Assembly (NCBI GenBank): GCA_963769025.1
Contig: CAVYKI010000010.1
Span: 224,001-288,000 of the forward strand
Source: an uncultured Verrucomicrobiae bacterium
Lineage (GTDB): Bacteria > Verrucomicrobiota > Verrucomicrobiia > Chthoniobacterales > Chthoniobacteraceae
Direction of reading: 5' to 3'
Length of the DNA: 64,000 nucleotides
Shown: one piece after another, positions 1 through 13,992 of the stretch
Position numbering within the stretch: position 1 is the stretch's first letter
How the letters are laid out: each line of letters begins with the position of its first letter
The notes under the pieces: model-generated
What the model saw: only the letters and a program-made list of their open reading frames with translations
The model's database searches: none
Told to the model about the DNA's origin: nothing
Position numbers and translations under genes: made by a program

Positions 1-1
1 C

Positions 2-763
2 GGGACGAAGAACGAAGGCCGCCTGCACATGGCCAAGGCATTCAGCCAGTCCGGGGTCTATGAACACGGCATCTGCACCTACGCCCTCGGCGAGTATTAC
101 ACGATGACCAAGGACGAACGCGTCGCGGAGCTGTTCAAGCAGGCCATCACTTACATCGTACAGGGGCAGGGCCCCGGCGGTGGCTGGATGTATTCCTACG
201 ACAAGACGGCGGATGACCTCTCGGTGGGCGGGTGGCAGATCCAGGCGCTCAAGGCCGCGCACCTCAGCCAACTCAACATCTCCGGAGTCGATCAGGCACT
301 CGACAAGGCCATCGCCTACATCGAACGCGTGAAAGGCCCGAAAGGCGGCTATGGATACCGCGAAGCCGCTGACAAGTACAGCCTCACCGGCGTCGGCATC
401 CTCTGCCAGCTCTTCTGGAAAGGCGACCGCGGCGCGCTTCGCAAAGGCATGGAGTGGCTGCTCGACGAAACCGAGAAAAGCAAGCCCGTGAAGTACAAGG
501 GCGAAGATGCGGACCTTTACGCCTGGTACTATCACACACAGGCGTGCCTCATGTTCGGCGGAAGCGCGTGGACCAAATGGAACCGCTGGTTCCAGGACGA
601 GATCTGCGACGCTCAGAAAGAAGACGGAAGCTGGCCGGTCCCCGGCGGCAAAGCTCACGGCCCGCAGGCTGGTGAAAACATGACCGGCGCCGTGTACCGC
701 ACCACGCTCTGCGTCCTGATGCTCGAGGTCTTCTACCGCTACATGCCGACGACACAGGGCTAG
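2..763 (+). CDS. Prenyltransferase/squalene-oxidase-repeat (QW-motif alpha/alpha barrel) protein, 5'-partial
   Basis: Frame is open from base 2 (GTKNEGRLHM, matching GTKFEGRLGM in the next gene). QGPGGGWMY and QKEDGSW repeats; ends LMLEVFYRYMP. Confidence 0.8.
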   Translation, partial: GTKNEGRLHMAKAFSQSGVYEHGICTYALGEYYTMTKDERVAELFKQAITYIVQGQGPGGGWMYSYDKTADDLSVGGWQIQALKAAHLSQLNISGVDQALDKAIAYIERVKGPKGGYGYREAADKYSLTGVGILCQLFWKGDRGALRKGMEWLLDETEKSKPVKYKGEDADLYAWYYHTQACLMFGGSAWTKWNRWFQDEICDAQKEDGSWPVPGGKAHGPQAGENMTGAVYRTTLCVLMLEVFYRYMPTTQG

Positions 764-788
764 GACTCCACGACTTCGCACCCCAAGC

Positions 789-820
789 AAGGCCGCGCCT
801 CACATCAGGCGTGGCCTTTT
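789..820 (+). terminator. Rho-independent terminator between the two barrel paralogs
   Basis: AAGGCCGCGCCT-cacatc-AGGCGTGGCCTT stem (one G-U pair) running into a T-rich tail. Confidence 0.7.
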
Positions 821-927
821 GCTTTCCCGTCCGCTGTCCCCATGGGCGGCATCGATTACAAAGAGGTTAGCATGCCCTTCGCCGATTGACTGTCCGCACG
901 GGCGCGCTCTGCTCTGCAGCAACTCCC

Positions 928-2397
928 ATGGCTACCTCCCTCCAGAACGGCCCGGAAAACGGGCTCCCCGATCACGAATCCCCCATCACGCGGTTGCGTC
1001 GAAGAATCGCCGAGTCGCGCTACTTCATGATGTCCCTGCTCGTTCACACGATTCTCGTGATCATCGCGGGTTCCATCGTGCTCTTCCAGACGGTGATGCC
1101 GGTGGAGGATTTCGTCTCCGCAGGCGCGGTCCCGGGAGTCGAGAATTTCCCCGCTCCCATCGAGCAGCCTCCCGAACATCCCCGCACGCAGGAAGAGTTT
1201 CGTGCGCAGCTCCCGGAGACCGGCGTCCCCGGCGTCAATCCCATCACCACGCAGGCACCTGTGCCGTTCGTCTGGAAACCCGGCACGCACGCGGGTCCGA
1301 TCGTCAGGCCGCCCAGCGTGCCGGGTTCCGACCTTCCGCGTGGGCTCGCCTCCGCCACGCCCGCGGGGATTCACTCGACTTTCATGCCACGTTTTGGCGA
1401 CGCCAAAACCACCATCGGCAAACAGAAAGGAATGACCGATAGGTCGCAACTCGCCGTGCAGCGGAGCCTGAAGTGGCTCCGCGACAATCAGAACGCCGAC
1501 GGCTCGTGGGGCGACGGCAACAAAGGCGCGATGACCGGCCTCGCCCTGCTTTGCTACCTCGGCTACGGCGAACTGCCCGACTCGAAGGACTACGGATACA
1601 CGATCAACGCCGCGATTCAGTGGCTCGTCGAAACCGGAACGAAATTCGAGGGCCGCCTCGGCATGGAAAACGCCTTCACGCAAAGCGGCGTGTATGAGCA
1701 CGGCATCGCCACCTACGCGCTCGGCGAGTACTACGCCCTCACGCACGACAAACGCGTACTGGAACTCCTCACGCAGGCCGTCGCGCACATCGTGCGAGGC
1801 CAGGGCCCCGGCGGCGGCTGGATGTATGGCTTCGACAAGACCGCCAACGATCTTTCCGTGGGCGGCTGGCAGATTCAGGCGCTCAAGGCCGCACATCTCA
1901 CCGGGCTCAAGCTCCCCGGCGTGGACCAGGCGCTCGACAAGGCCATGAGCTACCTCGAAAGTGTGAAAGGTCCGAAAGGCGGCTACGGCTACCGCGCTGC
2001 CGAGGATCGCTACAGCCTCAGCGGCATTGGCATCCTCAGCCGGCGCTTTTGGAAAGGCGAACGCGGCGAACTCCGCAAAGGCATGGATTGGATCCTCGAC
2101 GAAACCGCGAAAGCGCACCCCGTGAAGTACGCGAGCCAAAATGCGGATCTCTACGCGTGGTATTATCACACCCAGGCCAGCCTCATGTTTGGCGGCGCGG
2201 CGTGGACGAAATGGAACCGCTGGTTCCAGGATGAACTTTGCAACGCGCAAAACACCGACGGCAGTTGGCCCATCCCCGGCGCAAAAGGCCACGGTCCGCA
2301 GGCCGACGCCGGGCGGACCGGGCAGGTGTACCGCACCACGCTCTGCACGCTGATGCTCGAAGTCTTCTACCGCTACATGCCCACCAACCAGGGCTGA
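928..2397 (+). CDS. Membrane-anchored QW-repeat alpha/alpha barrel protein (prenyltransferase/squalene oxidase repeat family)
   Basis: ATG at 928 (ORF open from 886). One TM helix (YFMMSLLVHTILVIIAGSIVLF), Pro-rich linker, QNADGSW/QGPGGGW/QNTDGSW repeats. Confidence 0.8.
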   Translation: MATSLQNGPENGLPDHESPITRLRRRIAESRYFMMSLLVHTILVIIAGSIVLFQTVMPVEDFVSAGAVPGVENFPAPIEQPPEHPRTQEEFRAQLPETGVPGVNPITTQAPVPFVWKPGTHAGPIVRPPSVPGSDLPRGLASATPAGIHSTFMPRFGDAKTTIGKQKGMTDRSQLAVQRSLKWLRDNQNADGSWGDGNKGAMTGLALLCYLGYGELPDSKDYGYTINAAIQWLVETGTKFEGRLGMENAFTQSGVYEHGIATYALGEYYALTHDKRVLELLTQAVAHIVRGQGPGGGWMYGFDKTANDLSVGGWQIQALKAAHLTGLKLPGVDQALDKAMSYLESVKGPKGGYGYRAAEDRYSLSGIGILSRRFWKGERGELRKGMDWILDETAKAHPVKYASQNADLYAWYYHTQASLMFGGAAWTKWNRWFQDELCNAQNTDGSWPIPGAKGHGPQADAGRTGQVYRTTLCTLMLEVFYRYMPTNQG

Positions 2398-2409
2398 GCG
2401 CAGGCCGGC

Positions 2410-4521
<2,112 letters not shown>

Positions 4522-4657
4522 CGTTATCCGCAATACGCGCACCCCCGCGGCGATTCATCAAGCACTTCATCCGCCGGATGCCCAACGGATGTTTACGCAA
4601 TGCTCCGTGAACAGCACGCGCCCCAGATACCCGGACAGCGCACCGAACTGAACGATG

Positions 4658-6034
4658 CTACGGCAATTCCTTGATGAAAATGTTCCGGAACTGCACGAGC
4701 GCCGGCGGGCTGGTCCAAACACCGTCCTTTTCCGCGCCGTGATGCTGCAGGCCGATGCGACCGCTCGCGGGAAAGCCCGGGATTTTCACGCTGGGAACCA
4801 CGGCCTTGCCGTTCAGCACGGTGCGGATGGTGCCGTTGTTCACGGTGATTTCGTAGCGGTTCCATTTGCCGATGGGATTGTCCGCACGCTCGCGCGGCGT
4901 CACGCCTGCGCGCACCTCGGGCGGCATCGCCTGGTCGCGGCGGACGCCGTACATTTCGCCGGAGCCGACGGGCCAGCACCAGATGTTCACCTGGTACTTC
5001 TGGTCGCCCGCGAGCAGGATGCCGGAGTCGGAATCCTTCACGGGATACAGGACGGGCTTGCCGTCCGGGCCGAGTTCCTCCGAGCCGTCGGGGAGCACCT
5101 TCACGGCGCGGGGATTCAGGTACGGAGTCTCCTTGATCCGCCAGTCCACGATCAGCGTGTAGTTCTTGTATTCCTTTTCCGTCCACAGGTGCTTGTCGCC
5201 CTTTGCTTCGCTTTTTGCGTCGTAGTCAATGACTCCGCCTGCGACCTTCCAGTGGCCGTTGTCGCCCTCCGGCACTTTCCATCCGGTGAAATCCACCCCG
5301 TTGAAAAGGGACACGAAGCCCTCGTACGGATTCGCCGTCTGCTCCGGCGGCGTGTTCGAGGGCGGCAGTTCCTTGATGTAGATGTTCTTGAAATGGCACT
5401 CGGCACCTTCGCTCTCCAGCGCGAGGAATCCCTTCCGCGGCACGCAGTCCTTCGCAGTGGTGACCTCCTTGCCGTTCACTTCGAGGCGGATCTCGCCCTT
5501 GTCGCAAGTCACGCGGTAGTGGTTCCACTCGGGCGAGCTCTTGCTGCGCTCCTCGATGGGGAAACTGCGGTTGCCCTTGCCGTCATTGGAGATTTTTCCC
5601 AGCGGCGTCATCGTCGCGCCCCAGATGGGAAAAAGATCTCCGTGCGTGGTGAAGCCCACGTTCTTGCCCTTCGCGCCGTAGCCATTGTCGAGCACCTGCA
5701 CCTCGATGCTGCGCGTGTAGCCCGTGCCCATCGCGGGGATGCCGTCGCCCCACACAAACATGCCGCTGTTGCCGCCGCTCTTCATGTGCCGCCATTCGCA
5801 CTCCACGATGAAATTTTCCAGCATCCGCTCCGTGCGCATGTAGCCGGTCGGCACGCCGCTGATGATGATCATTCCGTCGCGCACCGTGTAGGTGTCCGGC
5901 GCGACATTCACCGGCACCCAGCCGGAGAGATCCTTTCCGTTGAAGAGCGCCTTGAAACCCGCGGGCGGTTCATTGTCGGCGGCGTGGAGCGCAAGGCTGG
6001 TGACGAGGAGGCAGAGACAGGGGGGCAGTTTCAT
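4658..6034 (-). CDS. Secreted tandem DUF1080 (3-keto-disaccharide hydrolase-like) protein
   Basis: Signal peptide MKLPPCLCLLVTSLALHA. Two domains each starting GFxxLFNGxDxxGW, with NSG/DSG, WNxY and FKNI/FRNI motifs. Confidence 0.85.
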   Translation of the reverse strand: MKLPPCLCLLVTSLALHAADNEPPAGFKALFNGKDLSGWVPVNVAPDTYTVRDGMIIISGVPTGYMRTERMLENFIVECEWRHMKSGGNSGMFVWGDGIPAMGTGYTRSIEVQVLDNGYGAKGKNVGFTTHGDLFPIWGATMTPLGKISNDGKGNRSFPIEERSKSSPEWNHYRVTCDKGEIRLEVNGKEVTTAKDCVPRKGFLALESEGAECHFKNIYIKELPPSNTPPEQTANPYEGFVSLFNGVDFTGWKVPEGDNGHWKVAGGVIDYDAKSEAKGDKHLWTEKEYKNYTLIVDWRIKETPYLNPRAVKVLPDGSEELGPDGKPVLYPVKDSDSGILLAGDQKYQVNIWCWPVGSGEMYGVRRDQAMPPEVRAGVTPRERADNPIGKWNRYEITVNNGTIRTVLNGKAVVPSVKIPGFPASGRIGLQHHGAEKDGVWTSPPALVQFRNIFIKELP

Positions 6035-6229
6035 GGGGTTCAATGTTGGCATTTCACCCACCACCGACGAACACGTTTCCGAGGATATTTCGCGTTTGCC
6101 CCTGTGCATTTTCGCTGCGCCGCTGCGAAATGCTGAGCGCTGCGCGGGAAGCCGCATTCCATCAGGCGTAATTTCACCGTCGCCATCCGCGCAGATTCAA
6201 CCTTCAAGTCGTATGACTTCCACCCTCCC

Positions 6230-8407
<2,178 letters not shown>

Positions 8408-8434
8408 CCGTTGACGGTGGGCGGCAGACTCAGA

Positions 8435-9202
8435 TTAACGCGGCGCCACGCGCGCAAAGTCGGCCTTGCGTATCCAGCCCGTGCGATCGCCATCGGCGCG
8501 CACGTAGAGGTAGTCGCCGCGCTCACGCTCCACGCGGGCCATTTCCCCGGCGGGCAGCTTTACGAGCGTCTCCGCCTCGCGTGTCGGCGTCAGTCGGAGG
8601 GGGGTCTCATCTTCGAGCACCACACCGAGGCGCGAACGTTTCCACGCTCCAAACAATGCCGGCCCGGACAAGATGAAAACCGCGAGCAGCGCGGCGGCAA
8701 CGCCTTGATGCCAGTCCGCACGTCTCCACCCGAGCAGCCGCGGCAGGAAGAGCAGCGCCACCCCGCCCCATAGGGCCGCCGAGGCGATCACAAGCCACCA
8801 AGCGCCGGGGAGCGCGGCCGAGTAGCGTTCGTGCCACTCGAGCGAAGGCGCATCCACGCGGGCATTGTGCCGGGCAAAGCGAAGGTTGGCCGCGGTGTTG
8901 CGGCTGAAGGGATCCATCAGCAGCGCGCGCTCCCATGCGAGGATGGCGTGGCCGTGGCGGCCGACCTTCCACTCCGCGTCGCCGAGATTGTGCAGCGCGC
9001 CGCTGGCGAAATGGCCGTCGTTCACCAGCTCGCGCAGTTCGTACACCGCGTCACCGAATTCCCCGGCGGCGTACGCTGCGGATGCCTTGCGGAAACGCTC
9101 ATCCGGCGTCGCCGCTGCAAGACCCTGCGCCGTGATCGCCGCGAGGAAAAGCGCGAGGAGCGCTGCGAACCGGAACCCTTGTGGCGGAAGGGTCGTCTTC
9201 AT
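8435..9202 (-). CDS. batE: BatE-like TPR + TM + SH3 protein
   Basis: TPR (ALHNLGDAEWK...AILAWERAL), two TM helices, C-terminal SH3-like GWI; last gene of the Bat operon. Confidence 0.75.
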   Translation of the reverse strand: MKTTLPPQGFRFAALLALFLAAITAQGLAAATPDERFRKASAAYAAGEFGDAVYELRELVNDGHFASGALHNLGDAEWKVGRHGHAILAWERALLMDPFSRNTAANLRFARHNARVDAPSLEWHERYSAALPGAWWLVIASAALWGGVALLFLPRLLGWRRADWHQGVAAALLAVFILSGPALFGAWKRSRLGVVLEDETPLRLTPTREAETLVKLPAGEMARVERERGDYLYVRADGDRTGWIRKADFARVAPR

Positions 9203-10998
9203 GCGCGGCGTGCGAGCGTGCTCACCGCCCGCTCCAGTTCGGGCAGCAGCGCGCGCGGCTCCATCTCACCGGCATCGGCGGGCGAGTAATTCACGGCGTC
9301 GGCGGAATCGAAAACCTTGCGCGCCGCGGCGGACGCACCGGCGTCATTCCCCAAAAGACGCAACACATCCTCCCGCGTGAGACTGTCCGCGGAGGCGGTG
9401 TCGAGCGGCGACGCAGCCTCACGCAGCGCACCCGCACTGGCGCGAAGGAACTCCCCACGGTCGCCCTTTCGCGCTGCGGCCCTCGCCCGGCCAAGCGCGC
9501 GACGCGCCGCGGCATGCGCACGGCGGCGCCGGAGGATTTGCGGATTTGCCGCGAGGTAATCGCGACGGCGACGCCATGCCCAGAGCACGAGCAGGAGCAC
9601 CGGCGGCGCGAGTCCGATAACCAGCACCCAACGTTCGCGAAATGGCGGGCCGGGTGAATGCGTCCAGCGGCCCGGTTTTTCCTCGAGGCCCGTCATCGCG
9701 GGCTCGACCGTCCGCGGAGGCTCCTCCGCACGAGACACCTCGTTATTCATCGGCGCAGCCGGAGCGGCCTCGGGCGCCACGCTCGACGGCTTCACATGGA
9801 TCGGCAGCGGCGGGATGGTGATATCCACGAAGGCGCGGCGCTCGGGGTCAAAGTAGCTGAATGGCAGCACCGGCGTGGACTTCAGCCCGGCGCGGCCCGG
9901 GATGAGCGTGTAGGTGAAAGTCTTCGAGCCCCGCGCGGTGTTGTGGTCCTCAGGGTCCGCCTGGTATTCGCTCGTCGGCTTGTAAATCTGCCAGCCGTCG
10001 GCGCTCTCCAGCTCCGGCGCGACGACACCCTCGAGATTCCCCTCCCCTGCCATCGCCAACGTCAGCGTCACCGGCTCGCCGACCTCGACCTCTGTGGCCG
10101 AGAGCTTCGGTTGTGCGACGGTGAATTTTCCGATCGCTCCGGTGAATCCCGGCAGCCGTCCGGTGCGCGGCAGCGCGAGCACGCGGACCCGTGCCGGCTT
10201 TGAATCAATCGTGCTCTGCACCCCGCCCAGCCCGCGCTGGCCCGGAAGTTCGAATTTCTGCACGCGCACCACGATCTGGCATCCCAGCTCCACCTCGCCT
10301 TCCAGGATCGGCGTGATGCGGATCGGCATCACCAGCCCCTCCATTTGCTTTCCGCGGAAAATGAACTGCTCGCGTGTCGTCCGCATCGAGGGACGGAACA
10401 CGGCCGCGCCGGTCGTCTTCGCCACGTGCGAGACGAATTGCGGCGACTCGTCCTGCGTCTCGATCACGAGCAGCCGTCCGCCGATGGATTCGCCGACAAA
10501 AAAGTCACGCTGCGGCAGATCCATTTCCACGCGCACCGGCTGGTAGCGCGCCTCCCCGGGCTCGGGTTCCACGACGGTCAGCACCGCGGGCGGCACTCGG
10601 ACACGCCTGCCGGCGACGGCGACTTCAAACGCCGGCATCGTGAGTCTCCCGGCCCGCTGACCGACGACGCTGTACGTGAACGTCGAGGTGATCGCCGGCG
10701 CACCATTCAGAATCACGGTGCTGATCGTGCCTCCGGCAAATGCCACGTCGAGGCCCGCCGGCGCCGGCGGCTCCGGTGCCTCAAGCGGCTTCTGCGAAGC
10801 GGTGATCGTCACACGATAAACCGCCGGCCGGCCGACATGCGCCGATTCCGGCTCGAATCGCGCACTCGCAGCCGGCTCCACGTTCCCTTCACCCGGCAAA
10901 TCCCCGGGGAAGGGTGCCTGGGAAAATGCCGGCGGCACCCCGCCGCACAATGCGAGCACGATTGCAACCGCCGCGAAAAGTCGGGATCGCATGCTCAC
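9199..10998 (-). CDS. batD: BatD-family protein
   Basis: Signal peptide, Ig-like repeats, FTGAIGKF, GEGNL, FSYFDP, C-terminal TM. Start GTG 10998 or ATG 10992. Confidence 0.8.
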   Translation of the reverse strand: MSMRSRLFAAVAIVLALCGGVPPAFSQAPFPGDLPGEGNVEPAASARFEPESAHVGRPAVYRVTITASQKPLEAPEPPAPAGLDVAFAGGTISTVILNGAPAITSTFTYSVVGQRAGRLTMPAFEVAVAGRRVRVPPAVLTVVEPEPGEARYQPVRVEMDLPQRDFFVGESIGGRLLVIETQDESPQFVSHVAKTTGAAVFRPSMRTTREQFIFRGKQMEGLVMPIRITPILEGEVELGCQIVVRVQKFELPGQRGLGGVQSTIDSKPARVRVLALPRTGRLPGFTGAIGKFTVAQPKLSATEVEVGEPVTLTLAMAGEGNLEGVVAPELESADGWQIYKPTSEYQADPEDHNTARGSKTFTYTLIPGRAGLKSTPVLPFSYFDPERRAFVDITIPPLPIHVKPSSVAPEAAPAAPMNNEVSRAEEPPRTVEPAMTGLEEKPGRWTHSPGPPFRERWVLVIGLAPPVLLLVLWAWRRRRDYLAANPQILRRRRAHAAARRALGRARAAARKGDRGEFLRASAGALREAASPLDTASADSLTREDVLRLLGNDAGASAAARKVFDSADAVNYSPADAGEMEPRALLPELERAVSTLARRA

Positions 10999-11897
10999 CA
11001 GTCCCTGCCCTTCCGCTGCATCGGCTTGCGCTGCTCCTCGGTCGGCTGAAAGCCCTCGCCCTCCTGCTTCGTGCCGAGGGACATCGTACGCCGTTTCATC
11101 GTCTCCTTCAGCCACCGCGCCATGTCGGGCGAGACCTCGCGGTCGCTGCCGATCCGCTGCTGCTGCTTCTCCCCCACTTGCGGCTCCTTTTCCTCCTCCT
11201 CGTCATCGTCCTCCTCATCGTCGCTCTCGCGCTGCATCTCCTTCGGAATCTTCCCGCGCATCTTTTTCATCAGCTCCTTAATCCTCTCCCGTTCCTGCGC
11301 GACATCCTCGCTCTGCTGCTCGACCTGCTTCTTGAATTTCAGCAGCTCCTCGATCTTCCTCTCCACGAAATCCGCATTCACCTTCGCGTCGCTGTTCGAG
11401 GTGTCCATCTCCAGCGCACTTTGAAAGTCGCCGACGGACCTCCTCCAACGCTCCAGCGCTGCGCCGATGAGACCGAGCGTGCGGCTCGTCTCATCCCGGG
11501 AAAAACGCAGATCCTTCCGCGCAGCGCGCGCATCCATGTAGGCAGCGATGATCTCCTTGAGCTCGTCGCTCTCCAGCGCACGGCTGCCATTCCGGATCGC
11601 CTCCTCCGCGACCGCGACGGCCGCCGCGGATGAATCGAGCAGCTGCTCCCGCTTGCCCTCGCCCTTCAGCGTCTCCTCGCCCTGCCGAAAGCGCACATGG
11701 CCGAGGTTGTAGAGCGCGAGCGGCTGCACGCTTTCCACATTCGACCCGGCGGATCTGCGCAGCGCCATCTCCGCCTCCCGAAGTTCGCCCTGGGCGAGCT
11801 TGCCGACGCCCTCGTTATAAAGCTCCCGCGCGCCCGGCTGGGAGGCCAATGCCGGGGCGGCGAAGAGCAGCAGCGTGGCGAAATGTCGGAGGTTCAT
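10995..11897 (-). CDS. batC: BatC-like TPR protein with acidic/Gln-rich tail
   Basis: ALYNLGH TPR, DAKVN, DDEEDDDEEEE tract, C-terminal RDW. Confidence 0.75.
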   Translation of the reverse strand: MNLRHFATLLLFAAPALASQPGARELYNEGVGKLAQGELREAEMALRRSAGSNVESVQPLALYNLGHVRFRQGEETLKGEGKREQLLDSSAAAVAVAEEAIRNGSRALESDELKEIIAAYMDARAARKDLRFSRDETSRTLGLIGAALERWRRSVGDFQSALEMDTSNSDAKVNADFVERKIEELLKFKKQVEQQSEDVAQERERIKELMKKMRGKIPKEMQRESDDEEDDDEEEEKEPQVGEKQQQRIGSDREVSPDMARWLKETMKRRTMSLGTKQEGEGFQPTEEQRKPMQRKGRDW

Positions 11898-12949
11898 GCG
11901 GTTTGCGCCGCCGGGCGGCGGCTATCGGCAAGCGTCGCCTTTCGGCGGCGCGTGCGGAGCAGAGATTCGCCGACGAGCAGGAAAATGGCAACTGCAAGCG
12001 GCCAGCGATAGCGATCGATTCCGAGCCGCTTTCGGAAAACCGCCGCCGGCTTCGACTGCGGATCCTTCAGCGCGCTGGCGACGTCGGCGAGACCGCCCGC
12101 GATTGTTTCGAGCCGCCGGTAGGTGCCGCCGGTCGTCTCGGCGATGGTCTTGAGCGTCGTCTCGTCGAGCCGGCTGGTGACCTGCTGCCCTTTCTCATCG
12201 CGCAGCGGCTCGAGTTCGCCGCCTTTGCCCTGCACTTGGATGATGCCGCCATTCGGCGTCCCGACGCCCGTGGCGAACACCACCACGCCGTCCTTCGCGA
12301 GCTTCTTCGCAGCGTCGATGCCCGAGCGCTCCAGGTCTTCGCCGTCGGTCACGAGCACGAGGATTTTCCTCCGCTCGGCTTTGTCGAATGCGCGGCTCCC
12401 GGCGAAAAGCGCGCTCGCGATGTCCGTGCCCGGCACGAGCACCGACTCGGTATCGAGATCCCGGATTGCCTCCTCGAATGCGTCGTAGTCGAGCGTGAGC
12501 GGGCACTGGAGAAAGGCGTCGCCCGCAAATGCCACGAGCCCGACGCGCCCACCCGCATGCCGGCGAAGGAAATCGAGCACGGTCATCTTCGCGCGATCAA
12601 GGCGGCTGGGCGTGACATCGTTGGCGAGCATGGATTTCGAACAATCGATCAGGAACACCACATCGTCGCCCTTCCGATCCACGCGTTCCTCCATCTCGCC
12701 CCACTGCGGGCGCGCGAGAGCGACCCCGAGGAGCAGCAGCGCGAGGAAAAGCATCGTGTTCTTCACCACGCGCATCGCCGGGCTGTGGGAAGCCAGCAGT
12801 GCCGCGCGACGCTCAGGGTCCGCAAACTCGGCGAGCTGGCGCCTGCGCGCCTTTGCCGAAATCCAGAACAGCGCGGCCGTGAGCCCCAGCGCGGCCGCAG
12901 TGAACCACAGCCAATGCGGCGCGGCAAATTGGAGCGTGTGCGTCGTCAT
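11894..12949 (-). CDS. batB: BatB-like VWA domain membrane protein
   Basis: LARPQWG, MIDAS DCSKSM, PSRLDRAK, CPLTLD, VTDGED. Confidence 0.85.
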   Translation of the reverse strand: MTTHTLQFAAPHWLWFTAAALGLTAALFWISAKARRRQLAEFADPERRAALLASHSPAMRVVKNTMLFLALLLLGVALARPQWGEMEERVDRKGDDVVFLIDCSKSMLANDVTPSRLDRAKMTVLDFLRRHAGGRVGLVAFAGDAFLQCPLTLDYDAFEEAIRDLDTESVLVPGTDIASALFAGSRAFDKAERRKILVLVTDGEDLERSGIDAAKKLAKDGVVVFATGVGTPNGGIIQVQGKGGELEPLRDEKGQQVTSRLDETTLKTIAETTGGTYRRLETIAGGLADVASALKDPQSKPAAVFRKRLGIDRYRWPLAVAIFLLVGESLLRTRRRKATLADSRRPAAQTA

Positions 12950-13992
12950 GGGATTCGCCGGAAACGGGTGTTCGCGAGGAACAGCTCCAGCAGGAGCATC
13001 GCGAGCGCGCCGAGCAGCGGGATGTAAAACAACGGCGTGAACGTGCGGTGGCGTTTCAGCTTCACATCGGTCTTTTCCACCCGGTCGATGTCGGCGTACA
13101 CCGTGTCGAGCTCCTGCCGGTTCGTCGCGGTGTAGCTCTTGCCACCGGTCATCTTGGACATCTTTTCGAGCACCACGTAGTTCGCCGGCTGCAGCATCGT
13201 GATCGTTCCCGTCGGCTGCCCATCAAAGCCGAGTCGCAGCTTGCCGGTTTCGCGATCGAAGTCATGCAGCACGCAGCTCTCGTTCTTTCCGATGCCGATC
13301 GTGTAGACCCGCACGCCCTCGCCCGCGGCCAGGCTCGCGGAGGCGATGGGCTCGAGCGTCTCCCACTTGTTGTTGTCGCCATCGGTCAGCAGCACGACGA
13401 GTTTGCCGCGGCTCTGCTTTTGCGCGGCGAGGCGCTTCACCGCGAGGCCGGTGGCGTCGCCGATGGCCGTGCCGAGCTGATTGATCACGCCGATGTAAAG
13501 CCGGTCGAGGTTTCGCTGGAGCCACTCGTGATTCAGCGTCGGCGGACTCACGAGATACGGCACGCCGCTGAACACGATGAGCCCGATGCGATCCGACGGA
13601 CGCCGCGCGACAAAATCCTTCAGCACGCTCTGCGCGATGTCGAACCGCGTCGTCAGCTTCCCCGGCGGCGCCATGTCGAGCGCCATCATGCTCCACGACA
13701 GGTCGAACACGAGCATGATGTCCACGCCGCTCGCCTGCGTCTCGGTCTCCTCGTTCACCCAGCGCGGCCCGGCCATCGCCACGATCGCGAGCGCCACCGT
13801 GAGCAGCCGGAGAAAGACGAACAGCCGGCCCGCCATCGAACGCACGCGGCCGCCGATTTTCCGCACGAGCTCCGCGCTCGAAAATCCGAGCGCGCCATCC
13901 GTCCCGGTCCGTCCGCGGACGAACGCGTAGAGCGGCAGCAGCGCGAGGAAAAACAGCACCCACGGATGCTGGAACTCGAACCCCTCGCTCAT
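12946..13992 (-). CDS. batA: BatA-like VWA domain membrane protein
   Basis: N-terminal FQHPW TM, DLSWSM, DRIGLIVF, GTAIGDA, LTDGDNN, YTIGIG. Confidence 0.85.
   Translation of the reverse strand: MSEGFEFQHPWVLFFLALLPLYAFVRGRTGTDGALGFSSAELVRKIGGRVRSMAGRLFVFLRLLTVALAIVAMAGPRWVNEETETQASGVDIMLVFDLSWSMMALDMAPPGKLTTRFDIAQSVLKDFVARRPSDRIGLIVFSGVPYLVSPPTLNHEWLQRNLDRLYIGVINQLGTAIGDATGLAVKRLAAQKQSRGKLVVLLTDGDNNKWETLEPIASASLAAGEGVRVYTIGIGKNESCVLHDFDRETGKLRLGFDGQPTGTITMLQPANYVVLEKMSKMTGGKSYTATNRQELDTVYADIDRVEKTDVKLKRHRTFTPLFYIPLLGALAMLLLELFLANTRFRRIP

Noticed and set aside
2..2397. Squalene-hopene cyclase / terpene biosynthesis cluster
   Set aside because: Single barrel, no DxDD motif, TM-anchored, and no isoprenoid genes nearby.
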